Assembly: GCA_964545895.1 (NCBI GenBank)
Contig: CAZJHS010000001.1
Span: 33,167 to 97,166, forward strand
Direction: 5' to 3'
DNA length: 64,000 nucleotides
Source: an uncultured Chitinophaga sp.
Lineage (GTDB): Bacteria > Bacteroidota > Bacteroidia > UKL13-3
Position numbers and translations under genes: made by a program. Below the pieces are notes generated by a model. The model ran no database searches. It saw only the letters and a list, made by a program, of their open reading frames with translations, and was not told where the DNA came from. Position 1 is the stretch's first letter. Each line of letters begins with the position of its first letter. This document shows, piece by piece, positions 28,643-40,313 of the stretch.

Positions 28643-29824
28643 ATGAGTAACTTTTCAAACCAAGCAGTAAATATTACTAGCCTACGTAAAAAAGCATACA
28701 ACTACCGTTGGGCAACGTTAGAAGAAGATGTAATTCCACTAACAGCAGCAGATCCCGACTTTCCGGTTGCCAAAGAAGTTATTGAAGCTATTAACAGCTA
28801 TTGTGCTGATGGCTATTTTTCATACTGTCCGCCACAAGGCTTACCACAATTTAAAGAAGCTATTGCTAATTGGTATCAAACCCAATATCAGGCACAAGCA
28901 AATGCCGCCCATATTTTACCAGTTAACAGTGCTGCACATGGTTTATTTATTGTGGCCAAAGCATTGGTACAACCTCATCAAAATATCATTATTCCTAACC
29001 CTGTTGATTTCCTTTTTCGCAAATCAATTGAAGCAGCAGGAGCGCAAGTAAAAACCTGCCCTGTTAATAAAATTACAGGCGAGTTTGATATGGAAGAATT
29101 AGCGTCTAAAATAGATAGCAACACTGAGGCCATATTTATATGCAATCCTAACAATCCATTAGGTATGGCTTATAGTGCCGCACATTTAAACCAAATTATT
29201 ACATTAGCCCAAAAGCATAATTTGCATGTGGTATCAGATGAAATATGGGCTGACATCACATTTGATTTTCCAACAACCAGCCTATTATCTCAAAACTTAA
29301 TAAGCTATGATAAAAAAATTATGATAGCTGGATTATCAAAAAACTTTGGACTTGCCGGATTAAGAATTGGATACATTGTATGTACTAACCAACAACAGTT
29401 TGATAGCATTTATGAATCATCGCAGCATGCCAGTACGGCATTTGGCATTTCGGGCGTATCGCAAGCAGCAGGCACAGCGGCATTAAATCATGCACAATAT
29501 TGGCTAACCGATTTTAAAGCACACCTTGCTAAAATGCGCCAACTTACGTTGCAATTTGTTAACCAAGCCAAGTTTTTAAACCCAGTTAATCCCAATGCTA
29601 CTTACCTGGCTTTTCCAACGGTAACTAACACAAAACTAACTGCCGAAGAAGTGGTAACACTCATTCATCAAAAAGGTAGAGTGGCGCTTGTTCCTGGCGG
29701 TACTTCTTGGTTCGAATCTCAATCTGAGGGACATTTGCGCATTTGCTATGCCACATCCGAATCTATTTTAAGTTTGGCATTTGAACGTATACAAAAAATA
29801 CAACATCAAATTTTAGCTGATTAA
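28643..29824 (+). CDS. PLP-dependent aminotransferase class I/II (MalY/PatB-like C-S lyase family)
   Basis: 393 aa. The PLP-lysine region IAGLSKNFGLAGLRIGY is typical of fold-type I aminotransferases and C-S lyases. Confidence 0.75.
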   Translation: MSNFSNQAVNITSLRKKAYNYRWATLEEDVIPLTAADPDFPVAKEVIEAINSYCADGYFSYCPPQGLPQFKEAIANWYQTQYQAQANAAHILPVNSAAHGLFIVAKALVQPHQNIIIPNPVDFLFRKSIEAAGAQVKTCPVNKITGEFDMEELASKIDSNTEAIFICNPNNPLGMAYSAAHLNQIITLAQKHNLHVVSDEIWADITFDFPTTSLLSQNLISYDKKIMIAGLSKNFGLAGLRIGYIVCTNQQQFDSIYESSQHASTAFGISGVSQAAGTAALNHAQYWLTDFKAHLAKMRQLTLQFVNQAKFLNPVNPNATYLAFPTVTNTKLTAEEVVTLIHQKGRVALVPGGTSWFESQSEGHLRICYATSESILSLAFERIQKIQHQILAD

Positions 29825-29931
29825 ATAGGGATACTGCTTGATATTGCCTTGCAAAATGAGGGCGGGTATTATTTGTTGAAAACAATCAACCTGCAATACC
29901 GTTATTCGTGTACAATAAATTTGCATTTGGC

Positions 29932-30726
29932 ATGACCCAATACGAAGAGCTTTTAGCACACATATACCAAACAGGAACTTTTAAAAGTGATAGAACAGGA
30001 ACAGGAACCAAAAGTATTTTTGGAGCCCAAATTCGCTTTAATTTAGCAGAAGGATTTCCATTAGTAACCACCAAAAAAGTTCATTTAAAATCTATTATCC
30101 ACGAGTTATTGTGGTTTATAAAAGGCGAAACCAATACCAAATATTTAAAAGATAACGGAGTTAGTATTTGGGATGAGTGGGCTTCGCCCGAAGGCGAACT
30201 TGGCCCAGTTTATGGCTACCAATGGCGCAGTTGGCCTGCAGCTAATGGTAAACATATTGACCAATTGATGGAAGTAATTGAAACCATCAAAAAAAATCCC
30301 GACTCGCGCAGAATGATTGTAAGTGCATGGAATGTGGCTGATTTACCTCAAATGGCACTTATGCCTTGCCATGCATTTTTTCAGTTTTATGTAGCAGATG
30401 GTAAATTAAGCTGCCAACTTTATCAACGCAGTGCCGATATGTTTTTAGGTGTGCCGTTTAATATTGCCTCATACGCTTTGTTAACACATATGATTGCCCA
30501 AGTATGCAATTTACAAGTGGGCGATTTTATACACACGTTTGGCGATGCTCACATATACAGCAATCACTTTGAGCAAGTTGAATTACAACTAACGCGTGAG
30601 GCTCGCCCATACCCTACACTGCGCATCAACCCTAATGTAACCAACATTTTAGATTTTGTGTACGATGATTTTACTGTAGAAAACTATAACCCACACCCTG
30701 CTATTAAAGCTCCGGTAGCGGTTTAG
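29932..30726 (+). CDS. thyA: Thymidylate synthase
   Basis: MTQYEELL… start. dUMP-binding and catalytic motifs ([19 protein letters not shown]; active-site Cys in [14 protein letters not shown]). The upstream in-frame ATG at 29908 is less likely. Confidence 0.93.
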   Translation: MTQYEELLAHIYQTGTFKSDRTGTGTKSIFGAQIRFNLAEGFPLVTTKKVHLKSIIHELLWFIKGETNTKYLKDNGVSIWDEWASPEGELGPVYGYQWRSWPAANGKHIDQLMEVIETIKKNPDSRRMIVSAWNVADLPQMALMPCHAFFQFYVADGKLSCQLYQRSADMFLGVPFNIASYALLTHMIAQVCNLQVGDFIHTFGDAHIYSNHFEQVELQLTREARPYPTLRINPNVTNILDFVYDDFTVENYNPHPAIKAPVAV

Positions 30727-30754
30727 TGTTTTACCTTTTATTGATGCTATTATT

Positions 30755-31729
30755 TTGAAAACCTACAAAGAACTTTATGCATTGGTTGAGCAACAAATTG
30801 CCCAACTTAAATACACCCAACAACCAGTTGAACTCTATCAACCAATTGAGTATATGATGGCCTTGGGCGGAAAACGCCTTAGGCCAGTATTAACACTGAT
30901 GGCAGCTAATATTTTTACAACCGAAATTGGGCAAGCTATGCCTGCTGCTTTGGCTGTTGAAATGTTTCATAATTTTAGTTTGGTGCATGATGATATTATG
31001 GACAAAGCCGACATTAGACGCGGCCAACCTACCGTGCATAAAAAATGGAACGAAACCATTGCAATTCTATCAGGTGATTTGATGATGATTAAGGCTATTG
31101 ATTTATTGTGCGAAAGCAAACATCAAAACTTAGCCGAGTTAATTAAATTGTTTAATACCACCGCTGCCGAGGTATGCGAAGGCCAGCAATGGGATATGAA
31201 CTTTGAAACAATAGACCACGTTTCGGAAGAAGAATATTTAAACATGATTACGCTTAAAACTGCTGTATTGATTGGTTGCAGTTTAAAACTTGGTGCTATG
31301 GTTTCGGGTGCATCTCATGCCGATGCCGAACACCTGTATCAATTTGGTAAAAACATTGGCATTGCGTTTCAGATACAAGATGATATTTTAGATAGTTTTG
31401 GCGAAGGTGATAAAGTTGGTAAAAAAATTGGAGGCGATATTTTAGCCAATAAAAAAACATTGCTTTTAATTGAAGCTAAACAATTAGCAACAGGCCAACT
31501 TAAAACTGATTTAAACAATTGGTTGTTAGCTACCGAGTATAATCCAGATGAAAAAATAAACGCCATATTAGCTATTTACAATGCTTGCCAAGTGCGCCAA
31601 AAAGCCGAGCAACTTAAAGAGCAATACTTACAATTGGCATTTAAACATTTGGCCCAAGTAAGTGCACCAACCGAAAATACTACACCGCTTAAGCAAACAG
31701 CCATTGATTTAATGGAGCGCATGAGCTAA
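30755..31729 (+). CDS. Polyprenyl diphosphate synthase (trans-isoprenyl diphosphate synthase family)
   Basis: First Asp-rich motif LVHDDIMD. Second Asp-rich motif FQIQDDILD. Confidence 0.88.
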   Translation: MKTYKELYALVEQQIAQLKYTQQPVELYQPIEYMMALGGKRLRPVLTLMAANIFTTEIGQAMPAALAVEMFHNFSLVHDDIMDKADIRRGQPTVHKKWNETIAILSGDLMMIKAIDLLCESKHQNLAELIKLFNTTAAEVCEGQQWDMNFETIDHVSEEEYLNMITLKTAVLIGCSLKLGAMVSGASHADAEHLYQFGKNIGIAFQIQDDILDSFGEGDKVGKKIGGDILANKKTLLLIEAKQLATGQLKTDLNNWLLATEYNPDEKINAILAIYNACQVRQKAEQLKEQYLQLAFKHLAQVSAPTENTTPLKQTAIDLMERMS

Positions 31730-31733
31730 CACA

Positions 31734-32507
31734 TTGCTTTTGCCATCACACACTAACACATATTTCAATTTATTTACTTCGCCAATTTCGGCCATTGCAA
31801 TACCTAGTTCGTTGCATTTAATGTTAGGCAATAGCGCCCCGCACGAGTTGTGTGTACTTGCAGCTCATGAGTTGCAAAATTATTTACAAACCCAACAACA
31901 ATGGGAACATAATTTTGGTTTAGCAACTTCGCAAACAGGCAGTATTATAGGCAAAATGTTTGGTGTTTTGGTGGTGCAAAACAGCCAAAATCAAATAGGT
32001 TATTTGGCTGCATTTTCTGGTAAATTGGCAGGTGCAAATCATCACCCCAAATTTGTGCCCCCCGTATTCGACTTGTTAACCGAGGATAGTTTTTTGCACC
32101 AAGGCATGCAAAAACTTACTACACTTATTGATGAAATTAACCAACTTGAAAGTGATAACCCCAAAAATCAAAGCCGCATTAAACAACTTAAAGCTGAGCG
32201 CAAACAACACTCCATCAACTTACAACAGCGAATATTTACGCACTACAACTTCATCAACCAAAAACAAGTAAGCAAAAACATATTGGATATTTTTAAAACG
32301 GCTGAATATAAAAATCCTCCTGCTGGTGCGGGTGAGTGTGCCGGGCCTAAACTACTTCAATATGCCTTTCAATATCAACTAAAACCATTAGCGTTAGCCG
32401 AGTTTTGGTGGGGCCAATCTCCTAAATCAACCACATGGAAACACGGCCATTTTTATGCGTGCTGTAAAGAAAAATGCGAACCCATTTTGGCCCACATGTT
32501 ATCGTAA
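31734..32507 (+). CDS. Hypothetical protein with a conserved Cys-containing motif
   Basis: 257-aa ORF. C-terminal region PAGAGECAGPKLLQYA…HGHFYACCKEKCEPIL suggests metal binding. Family not confidently recognised, and the true start is uncertain. Confidence 0.4.
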   Translation: MLLPSHTNTYFNLFTSPISAIAIPSSLHLMLGNSAPHELCVLAAHELQNYLQTQQQWEHNFGLATSQTGSIIGKMFGVLVVQNSQNQIGYLAAFSGKLAGANHHPKFVPPVFDLLTEDSFLHQGMQKLTTLIDEINQLESDNPKNQSRIKQLKAERKQHSINLQQRIFTHYNFINQKQVSKNILDIFKTAEYKNPPAGAGECAGPKLLQYAFQYQLKPLALAEFWWGQSPKSTTWKHGHFYACCKEKCEPILAHMLS

Positions 32508-32681
32508 AAAATTGTTCGGGTTACTTTTACCATTTGTTAATTCTATTTTAACATTTTAGTTAACAAATCTTAAATTTTAAGATTTTTAAAAATTTAACGC
32601 TCAAGCGTATAGGGTAGCACCTATTGTTCGTCACTTTTTTATTTGGGTTGAAGGACTATACTCGCGGCAAAATTCTGAAAA

Positions 32682-34484
32682 GTGAAAAAAATCAAAACAA
32701 GTGCTGTTTTAATAGCTTCAATAATAAGTTTAACAGCTATTGCACAAACAGATACGGTTGCATTAAGTGATGTAAAAATCACCACAAACCGATTGCAAAA
32801 CACAACTCGTACCATTAATCAAAGTACTGCTACTTTAACCCGTGCAGATTTAAAAAAGCTATCAGGCAGCACAGCAGCAGATTGGCTAGGTACTGTTACC
32901 GGAATTGACATTCGTCAACGCGGGCCTTTGGGTGTACAAACAGATATGGGCATCAGAGGAGGCTCATCAGACCAAAGTTTAATGCTTATAAATGGACTTA
33001 AATTAAGCGATCCACAAACAGGGCATCACCAATTTAACTTGCCACTAACAAGCGATGCTATTCAACAAATTGATGTGACTAAAACATCGGCATCGCGCAT
33101 GTATGGTATAAATGCACTTACAGGTGCGGTAAATTTTATTACCAAAGTACCCGATTCAAACCAAGTTTATTTAAGCGAGTTTGTTGGCGATTTCGGTTTA
33201 TACAGTGCACAAATTGGTGCGGCTATGCATGCAAAAAATGTAGGAACACATGTGGCTTACTCGCGCAGCGTAAGTAGTGGTTATACTAATAACACCGATT
33301 TTAAAATTGACAACTTGTTTTACCAAACCTCGGTAAAGGGTAAAAAATCTGACTTTACTGTTTTTGGTGGTTATACCAACAGACGATTTGGTGCAAGAGG
33401 ATTTTATGTAGTAAACTCTAACGAGTACGAAAGTATTCAAACTACGTTTGCTGGCACATCATACCAGACCAAAATTGGCCGATTAGTTTTAAAAGCACAA
33501 GGCTATTACAGGTACAATCAAGATCATTATGTATATATAAGATCCAATCCTGCCATTTACCAAAACCGCCATTTTTCGCATACTGCTGGTGCCGAGTTGC
33601 ATGCAACATATGCATCAAAACTCGGTGAAACAGGAGTTGGCTTTGATGCTCGCTATGAAGAATTAAATAGCAATAATTTAGGCAAACGCCAACGCGATAT
33701 ACTAGGTGCATTTATTGAACATCGTGTAAAATTAATGCGTAAAAAACTTACCATTACTCCGGGTATGTATGCCAATAAAATTGCTGATAACTTTAGTTTC
33801 TTTCCGGGCATTGATGCAGGTTATACCATTAACAAATACTTTATGTTATTTGCAGGTAGCAGCAAAGCCATGCGCTTGCCTACCTACACCGATTTATACT
33901 ACCGCGGACCAAGCAATATTGGTAATGCCAATTTAAAACCCGAAGAAGCTATATCAACAGAGGGTGGTGTAAAGTTTTGGGGTAAAAACTTATTTGCAAG
34001 TATTGCTGCTTTTAATCGCACATCAACCAATTTAATTGATTGGGCTAAAAATGGATCGAGCACCACTTGGCAGCCACTTAATGTAAACCATGTTACGTTT
34101 AATGGTATTGAAACCAACATACAAGCTTCGTTTAAAAACATTTTACAACAAATAAGAGTTGGCTATACTTATATTAATGCAAATATTTATCAATCAGAAA
34201 ACTACCTAAGTCGATATGCCTTAAGTAATATTAGACACCATGCCACAGGAGTGGTTAACTTAAGTTATCACAAAAACATAACTCACAGCATAACAGTGCG
34301 CCATGTAAACAGAGAGCTATTAGCTGATTACACCTTATTTGACAGCAAGTTGACTTACCAACTTAAGCCTTTTAATTTTTATGTTGATGTAAGTAATCTT
34401 TTTAATAAAAAATACACTGAAGCTGGATATGCAACTATGCCAGGGCGTTGGTTTAAAATTGGTTTCGATTATAAGTTGCAATAG
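32682..34484 (+). CDS. TonB-dependent outer-membrane receptor (small, BtuB-sized)
   Basis: Signal peptide. Plug domain with GxxIRGG (DMGIRGG). 22-strand barrel-like C-terminal region with terminal aromatic residues. Confidence 0.8.
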   Translation: MKKIKTSAVLIASIISLTAIAQTDTVALSDVKITTNRLQNTTRTINQSTATLTRADLKKLSGSTAADWLGTVTGIDIRQRGPLGVQTDMGIRGGSSDQSLMLINGLKLSDPQTGHHQFNLPLTSDAIQQIDVTKTSASRMYGINALTGAVNFITKVPDSNQVYLSEFVGDFGLYSAQIGAAMHAKNVGTHVAYSRSVSSGYTNNTDFKIDNLFYQTSVKGKKSDFTVFGGYTNRRFGARGFYVVNSNEYESIQTTFAGTSYQTKIGRLVLKAQGYYRYNQDHYVYIRSNPAIYQNRHFSHTAGAELHATYASKLGETGVGFDARYEELNSNNLGKRQRDILGAFIEHRVKLMRKKLTITPGMYANKIADNFSFFPGIDAGYTINKYFMLFAGSSKAMRLPTYTDLYYRGPSNIGNANLKPEEAISTEGGVKFWGKNLFASIAAFNRTSTNLIDWAKNGSSTTWQPLNVNHVTFNGIETNIQASFKNILQQIRVGYTYINANIYQSENYLSRYALSNIRHHATGVVNLSYHKNITHSITVRHVNRELLADYTLFDSKLTYQLKPFNFYVDVSNLFNKKYTEAGYATMPGRWFKIGFDYKLQ

Positions 34485-34568
34485 ATTTTTAACTTTAAGT
34501 AGCTAAAATCAATACAAATATTATTTTTGCTTGATTTTAGAATTAACAATAAGATAAACTAAAGATAT

Positions 34569-35798
34569 ATGGCAGAAGTAATACGCATGCCCAAGATGAG
34601 TGATACGATGACCGAAGGTGTTATTGTATCGTGGTTAAAGCAAGTGGGCGATGATATTAAACCAGGTGATATTTTGGCGGAAGTTGAAACCGACAAAGCC
34701 ACGATGGAATTAGAAAACTATGTTAAAGGCACTTTGTTGCACATAGGAATTCCGGCTGGTGGTAGTGTTCCTGTTGATGCATTAATTGCTATTGTAGGAC
34801 AAAAAGGCGATGATATTACAGCATTACTAAGCGGTGCATCTGCCTCTGCTGCTCCTGCAGCAAAAGCCGAAGAGGTAAAAACAGAAACAGTAAGCACACC
34901 AGTGGTACAAGCTCCTGCTGCTAACTCATCAACCGACTCACGCGTAAAAGCATCGCCATTAGCTAAAAAAATTGCTGACGAAAAAGGTATTGATATTAAT
35001 AGCATTAGCGGCAGTGGTGATGGTGGACGCATTGTAAAACGCGATGTAGAAACATACACTCCCGCAAGTAAAGGTGCTTCAAAATCAACGGTGGTATTGC
35101 CAACTGTGGTAGGCCAAGAAAGTTTTGATGAAGTTCCTGTATCGCAAATGCGCAAAGTAATTGCACGCAGATTAAGCGAAAGCAAACACACTGCACCTCA
35201 CTTTTACTTAACCATGAGCATAAACATGGATAAAGTAATTGAAGCGCGTAAAGCCATGTTGGAATACAGCCCAGTAAAAATATCTGTTAATGATATTATT
35301 ATTAAAGCAGTAGCTGGTGCATTACGTAAAAATCCTGCGGCTAACTCAAGCTGGTTGGGCGATAAAATTAGATACAACCACCATATTAATATTGGTGTGG
35401 CTGTAGCTATTGAAGATGGCTTAATTGTACCAGTAGTAAAATTTGCCGATAGCAAAAGCTTATCGCACATTAGTGCCGAGGTAAAAGAACTTGCCGATAA
35501 AGCTAAAAACAAAAAATTACAACCAAGCGAGTTTGAAGGAAACACCTTTACCATATCAAACTTAGGTATGTTTGGTATTGATGAGTTTACCGCAATTATT
35601 AATCCACCAGATGCTTGTATTTTAGCCGTTGGTGCAGCAAAAGAAACTGTAATTGTAGAAAACGGACAAATGAAAATTGGTCAGGTTATGAAAGTTACCT
35701 TAAGCTGCGATCATCGTGTGGTGGATGGAGCTGTAGGTTCTGCATTCTTAAAAACATTAAAAGAGTTGTTGGAAAACCCAGTTAAATTATTGGTTTAA
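34569..35798 (+). CDS. 2-oxoacid dehydrogenase E2 component (dihydrolipoamide acyltransferase)
   Basis: Lipoyl domain EVETDKATME. Ala/Pro-rich linker. Peripheral subunit-binding domain. Catalytic domain with DHRVVDG. Confidence 0.9.
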   Translation: MAEVIRMPKMSDTMTEGVIVSWLKQVGDDIKPGDILAEVETDKATMELENYVKGTLLHIGIPAGGSVPVDALIAIVGQKGDDITALLSGASASAAPAAKAEEVKTETVSTPVVQAPAANSSTDSRVKASPLAKKIADEKGIDINSISGSGDGGRIVKRDVETYTPASKGASKSTVVLPTVVGQESFDEVPVSQMRKVIARRLSESKHTAPHFYLTMSINMDKVIEARKAMLEYSPVKISVNDIIIKAVAGALRKNPAANSSWLGDKIRYNHHINIGVAVAIEDGLIVPVVKFADSKSLSHISAEVKELADKAKNKKLQPSEFEGNTFTISNLGMFGIDEFTAIINPPDACILAVGAAKETVIVENGQMKIGQVMKVTLSCDHRVVDGAVGSAFLKTLKELLENPVKLLV

Positions 35799-35822
35799 CA
35801 ACTTGCTTAAGCACATATTTAA

Positions 35823-35855
35823 AAGCCGATTCATACCATTGAATCGGCTTTTTTC
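35823..35855 (+). terminator. Rho-independent terminator after the E2 gene
   Basis: aagccgattcataccattgaatcggctttttt. Confidence 0.7.
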
Positions 35856-35973
35856 ATGTCCCTACTTCAACCCCAAAAGTATTTTAAGCGCATCGGTAAC
35901 TTTTGTTACATATTTTTAACACACAACTACTTACCTTTACATATCAAAAAAAATACCCTTAACAATAAACGAT

Positions 35974-36177
35974 ATGAAAAAAAACATGGGCACTGCCGAT
36001 CGATTAATTAGATTAATTGTTGCAGCCGTAATTTTGGGATTAAGTTTTACGCACGTTATTACTGGTATGCTAGCAACTATACTTGTGGTGCTAGCAGCAG
36101 TTTTTGCATTAACCAGTATGGTTAGCTTTTGTCCGTTATATACCTTAGTTGGTATAAATACGTGCAAAACCAAGTAG
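35974..36177 (+). CDS. DUF2892 (YgaP-like) small inner-membrane protein
   Basis: 67 aa, MGTADRLIRLIVAAVILGL… with two TM helices and a conserved Cys (SFCPLY). Confidence 0.6.
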   Translation: MKKNMGTADRLIRLIVAAVILGLSFTHVITGMLATILVVLAAVFALTSMVSFCPLYTLVGINTCKTK

Positions 36178-36418
36178 CAAACTAAAATTGTACTAAAAGC
36201 AAAGCCACTCCAACTTGGGTGGCTTTATTTTTTATAAACCACGCAAAATCAAGTTGTAGGAAAAAAGTTTTGCATTCTAATTTTTATTTTTACCTTGCAC
36301 TCGGAAATTCTTCCATCGCTCAGGCACAATCTGCCCAACAAAAAAACTTCAACGTTATTTTAGGTAAACCGTGCAGAGCAAAACTTTCATTCAAAAAATT
36401 TAAAATCAATTTTTTTAT

Positions 36419-38065
36419 TTGATGCACAATAAGTCAACCTTATCCGATATGCTTATTTCGGAATTACGTGAAGTAGCTACCTCGCTAAATATTGCTGGTG
36501 CCGACACGCAAACCAAAACAGAACTAATAAGCGGAATATTAAAACAACAAGAGTTAGCAGGTGGTGTAAAAAAATCAACCAAAGCTAACACCGAGGCAAC
36601 TGATGCTACGCCCGCAAAAAAAGTAGCTCGCCCAAGACGCAAAAAAACAGAAGAGCCGGTAGTAAGTGAAGAGCAAATGCTCGATACTTCATCAGATAGT
36701 TTGTTAGAAGATATTGACTTTAACAAAGAAGGTGTAGTTACGGAAGTGAAGATAGAAGCTCCGCAACAAGAAGCTCAACCTAACATTACAGAAACTACCC
36801 AAGCACCCGAAAACGAAGTACCGGTTGTACAGCAAAATCAACCCAACCAACCCCAACATAATAACGGGCCTAATTGGAAAGACAAACGCAACAACGAACG
36901 TAACGAACGCAATGAGCGTATACAACAACAACAAGCTTTATTACAAGAGCTAGAAGGTATTGTAAGCAGCGAAGGTGTTTTAGAAACCATGCAAGATGGA
37001 TATGGTTTTTTACGCTCAAGCGACTACAACTACATGCCATCGCCTGATGATATTTATGTATCGCCATCGCAAATAAAACTATTAGGATTAAAAACGGGTG
37101 ATACCGTAAGAGGTAGCATTCGTCCTCCAAAAGAAGGCGAAAAATACTTTGCATTAATAAAGGTAGAAAACGTTAACGGACGCACATCGGCCGAAATTAG
37201 AGACCGTGTAGCGTTTGAACATTTAACACCTCTTTTCCCTGATGAAAAATTAAACCTATCAAACAACTCAGCTTCATACTCAACCCGTATTATTGATTTG
37301 ATTGCGCCTATTGGTAAAGGCCAACGTGGTTTAATTGTTGCACAACCTAAGACAGGTAAAACCATTTTGTTAAAAGATATTGCTAATGCAATTGCCAAAA
37401 ATCATCCAGAGATTTACCTGATAATTTTACTAATTGATGAGCGCCCAGAAGAGGTTACAGACATGCAACGCAGCGTTCGCGCAGAGGTTGTAGCCAGTAC
37501 CTTTGATGAGCCTGCCGAAAAACATGTTAAGCTTGCTAATATTGTTTTAGAAAAAGCTAAACGTATGACTGAGTGCGGACATGATGTGGTAATTTTATTA
37601 GACTCGATTACACGTATGGCTCGTGCATTTAATACAGCACAACCAGCATCGGGTAAAATTTTATCGGGTGGTGTTGATGCCAATGCATTGCACAAACCAA
37701 AACGCTTTTTTGGTGCCGCACGTAAAATTGAAAATGGTGGCTCGCTTACCATTATTGCAACTGCTTTAACAGAAACAGGAAGCAAAATGGACGAGGTTAT
37801 TTTTGAAGAATTTAAAGGAACTGGTAACATGGAACTTCAATTGGATAGACGTTTGGCCAACAAACGTATTTACCCAGCTATTGATATTGTTGCAAGTAGT
37901 ACCAGACGCGAAGATTTGTTGTTAGACAAAGCCACATTGCAACGCGTATGGATTTTACGTAACCATATTGCAGATATGAATGCGGAGGAAGCGATGAACG
38001 TAATGATTAAAAACATGAAGAACACCAACAGCAATGAAGAGTTCTTAGCCTCGATGAATGGATAA
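36419..38065 (+). CDS. rho: Transcription termination factor Rho with a Bacteroidetes-type N-terminal insertion domain
   Basis: RNA-binding OB domain. A Q/N-rich insertion ([35 protein letters not shown]). RecA-like ATPase with Walker [18 protein letters not shown]. Confidence 0.93.
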   Translation: MMHNKSTLSDMLISELREVATSLNIAGADTQTKTELISGILKQQELAGGVKKSTKANTEATDATPAKKVARPRRKKTEEPVVSEEQMLDTSSDSLLEDIDFNKEGVVTEVKIEAPQQEAQPNITETTQAPENEVPVVQQNQPNQPQHNNGPNWKDKRNNERNERNERIQQQQALLQELEGIVSSEGVLETMQDGYGFLRSSDYNYMPSPDDIYVSPSQIKLLGLKTGDTVRGSIRPPKEGEKYFALIKVENVNGRTSAEIRDRVAFEHLTPLFPDEKLNLSNNSASYSTRIIDLIAPIGKGQRGLIVAQPKTGKTILLKDIANAIAKNHPEIYLIILLIDERPEEVTDMQRSVRAEVVASTFDEPAEKHVKLANIVLEKAKRMTECGHDVVILLDSITRMARAFNTAQPASGKILSGGVDANALHKPKRFFGAARKIENGGSLTIIATALTETGSKMDEVIFEEFKGTGNMELQLDRRLANKRIYPAIDIVASSTRREDLLLDKATLQRVWILRNHIADMNAEEAMNVMIKNMKNTNSNEEFLASMNG

Positions 38066-38162
38066 TTTTAGCTTATCATACGGTAAACTAAAAATAACTT
38101 TACAGGCACGTACATTAACTTAAATTTGCGCCCATTATTAAACAAAATTAAAACGATATATT

Positions 38163-38807
38163 ATGACAATGTTAGTAGGTAAAAAAGCTCCTGTATTTAA
38201 AGCTTCAGCTGTGGTAAACGGTGGCGAGTTTGTAGAGGACTTTTCGTTAGAACAATTTATTGGCAACAAGCATGTGGTATTTTTCTTTTACCCACTTGAT
38301 TTTACATTTGTTTGCCCAACAGAAATTATCGCTTTTCAACGCAGATTAGCTGAGTTTGAAGAACGCGGTGTTGCTGTAGTAGGCTGCTCTATAGATTCTA
38401 AATTTAGCCATTGGGCTTGGTTAAATACCCCACAAAACGATGGTGGTATCCAAGGTGTAAAATTCCCTTTGGTAGCAGATGTAAACAAAACTATTGCACT
38501 TAACTATGGTGTATTAGCTGGTTACTACAACTACGATGATAATGGTGATATGATTTGGATTGGCAACCAAGGCGAAGATAGCGTTGCTTACCGCGGTTTA
38601 TTTTTAATTGATAAAAACGGTATTGTGCGTCACCAAGTTGTTAATGATTTACCATTAGGCCGTAGCGTTGATGAAACCTTACGCATGGTTGATGCATTAC
38701 AATACTTTGAACAAAATGGTGAGGTTTGCCCTGCTGATTGGAACAAAGGTAAAGATGGCTTAAAAGATAATGCAGAAGGTATCGCATCATACTTAGCTTC
38801 ACACTAA
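38163..38807 (+). CDS. Typical 2-Cys peroxiredoxin (AhpC/Prx1 family)
   Basis: Peroxidatic Cys motif FTFVCPTEI. Resolving Cys in GEVCPA near the C-terminus. Confidence 0.9.
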   Translation: MTMLVGKKAPVFKASAVVNGGEFVEDFSLEQFIGNKHVVFFFYPLDFTFVCPTEIIAFQRRLAEFEERGVAVVGCSIDSKFSHWAWLNTPQNDGGIQGVKFPLVADVNKTIALNYGVLAGYYNYDDNGDMIWIGNQGEDSVAYRGLFLIDKNGIVRHQVVNDLPLGRSVDETLRMVDALQYFEQNGEVCPADWNKGKDGLKDNAEGIASYLASH

Positions 38808-38829
38808 GCAATAATTAAACTTAACTATA

Positions 38830-38868
38830 AAAGCCGTCCCGAACTTGTTTCGGGGCGGCTTTATTTTT
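38830..38868. terminator. Bidirectional Rho-independent terminator
   Basis: aaagccgtcccgaacttgtttcggggcggctttatttttg, between convergent peroxiredoxin and ccp genes. Confidence 0.7.
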
Positions 38869-38943
38869 GTAATTTATTCATCAACAAAAAAGGTTGCCAC
38901 CGTATAAATGATGGCAACCTTTTAGGTATTGAACAATAAATGT

Positions 38944-40059
38944 TTAGTTAAAATCTGGTAAACTAGTTTTAGCTGTACTTGCAGGTAAAACAGGTAACTT
39001 AGCAGCTTCGGCAGACAACTCACCAGTTAATGCATTTAAAAATGCTTCAATGTTGGTTAATTCCTCTTCGGTAAATTTCTTATCCAATTGCAACTCGCCC
39101 ATAATGGCAATAGCATCTTTTAAGTTCCACACGCTACCATCATGAAAATACGGATAAGTATGTGCTACGTTACGTAAACTTGGCACTTTAAAAAAGTACT
39201 TATCTCCCTCCTCTTTAGTCACCTCTTTTCTCCCTTCATCATGCTTTTTACTTCCAGTTAAAGTCCAGTAATCTTTTTTCACCCCAAACTTTTGAAACAT
39301 ATTACCACCTACAGTTGCACCCATGTGGCAAGTAACACATCCTGCATTAATAAAAGTTTCCATACCTTTTTTCTCAACATTGGTTAATGCATTGGCATCA
39401 CCACCTAAATAAGTATCAAAACGAGATGGAGTTAATAACGTGCGTTCAAACACACCAATAGCATTGGCAATGTTATCATAGGTTACAGGATTTGCATCGC
39501 CCGGAAAAGCCGCCTTAAACCAATCTTGGTATGCAGGAATTGATGCAATACGATTTACAGCAAACTCCTCATGTGGGGTAGCCATTTCAACAGGATTCAA
39601 AATCGGACCTTTGGCTTGTGCTTCCACATCAGCCGCACGGCCATCCCAAAATTGTGTGGTATGCAACGCTGCATTTAAACTTGTTGGCGAGTTACGGCCA
39701 CCAAATTGCCATTTATGACCAGGTGAAGTTGGCAAATTATCAACCCCATAACTTGCCAAATTATGACAGCTATTGCAGCTAATAACTCCACTTTTACTCA
39801 GGCGCGCATCAAAATACAATGCTTTACCTAATGCTATTTTTTCGGCATTGGGTAAGTTTTTAGCATTAATAGCCGAATCGGGCAAAATGCCAAAATAATC
39901 GTTGCCTTGCTTAATCAATTTCTGATCAGCTTCGGGCAAACTACTTAAATCAACCTTACCATCTTTACTATCGGTAGGGTTACTTTGGTTGTTACAAGCA
40001 ATTAAGCCGTAACCCATAGCAGCAAAGGCTAACGCTGCAATTAGTTGTGTTTTTTTCAT
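38944..40059 (-). CDS. Di-haem cytochrome c peroxidase
   Basis: Two CxxCH haem-binding motifs (CNSCHNL, CVTCHMG). Lipoprotein-type signal (LIAC). Confidence 0.88.
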   Translation of the reverse strand: MKKTQLIAALAFAAMGYGLIACNNQSNPTDSKDGKVDLSSLPEADQKLIKQGNDYFGILPDSAINAKNLPNAEKIALGKALYFDARLSKSGVISCNSCHNLASYGVDNLPTSPGHKWQFGGRNSPTSLNAALHTTQFWDGRAADVEAQAKGPILNPVEMATPHEEFAVNRIASIPAYQDWFKAAFPGDANPVTYDNIANAIGVFERTLLTPSRFDTYLGGDANALTNVEKKGMETFINAGCVTCHMGATVGGNMFQKFGVKKDYWTLTGSKKHDEGRKEVTKEEGDKYFFKVPSLRNVAHTYPYFHDGSVWNLKDAIAIMGELQLDKKFTEEELTNIEAFLNALTGELSAEAAKLPVLPASTAKTSLPDFN

Positions 40060-40313
40060 ATTCGGTTTGTAACTATTTTTTTACGAAGTTAGGATTACCA
40101 AAGCAGTTGTCAACCCCTATAACTTTGCCTTATCCTGCAACCATTCTGTTAATTATCTGCTATTGTGTTTTAAAATAAGGGTATGCAAAAAAGGCCACTT
40201 AATTTAAGTGTTGACAAAGTGGATTAAAAGGTTACCTTCGCACCTCAATTATTTGTACTATTTTAGGATAAATAGTGCAGTTAGCATTCAACACCAAACA
40301 GTAATTTATATAA

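Noticed and set aside
32508-32681. Cobalamin riboswitch upstream of the BtuB-sized TonB-dependent receptor
   Set aside because: No B12-box-like GCCACTG core or other recognisable riboswitch signature is visible in the 170-nt leader.
34718-35554. Three minus-strand ORFs inside the E2 acyltransferase gene
   Set aside because: Antisense to a confidently identified CDS, with low-complexity composition.
36219-36422. 67-aa ORF upstream of rho
   Set aside because: Low-complexity translation of the long, A-rich rho leader. It overlaps the rho start and has no recognisable features.
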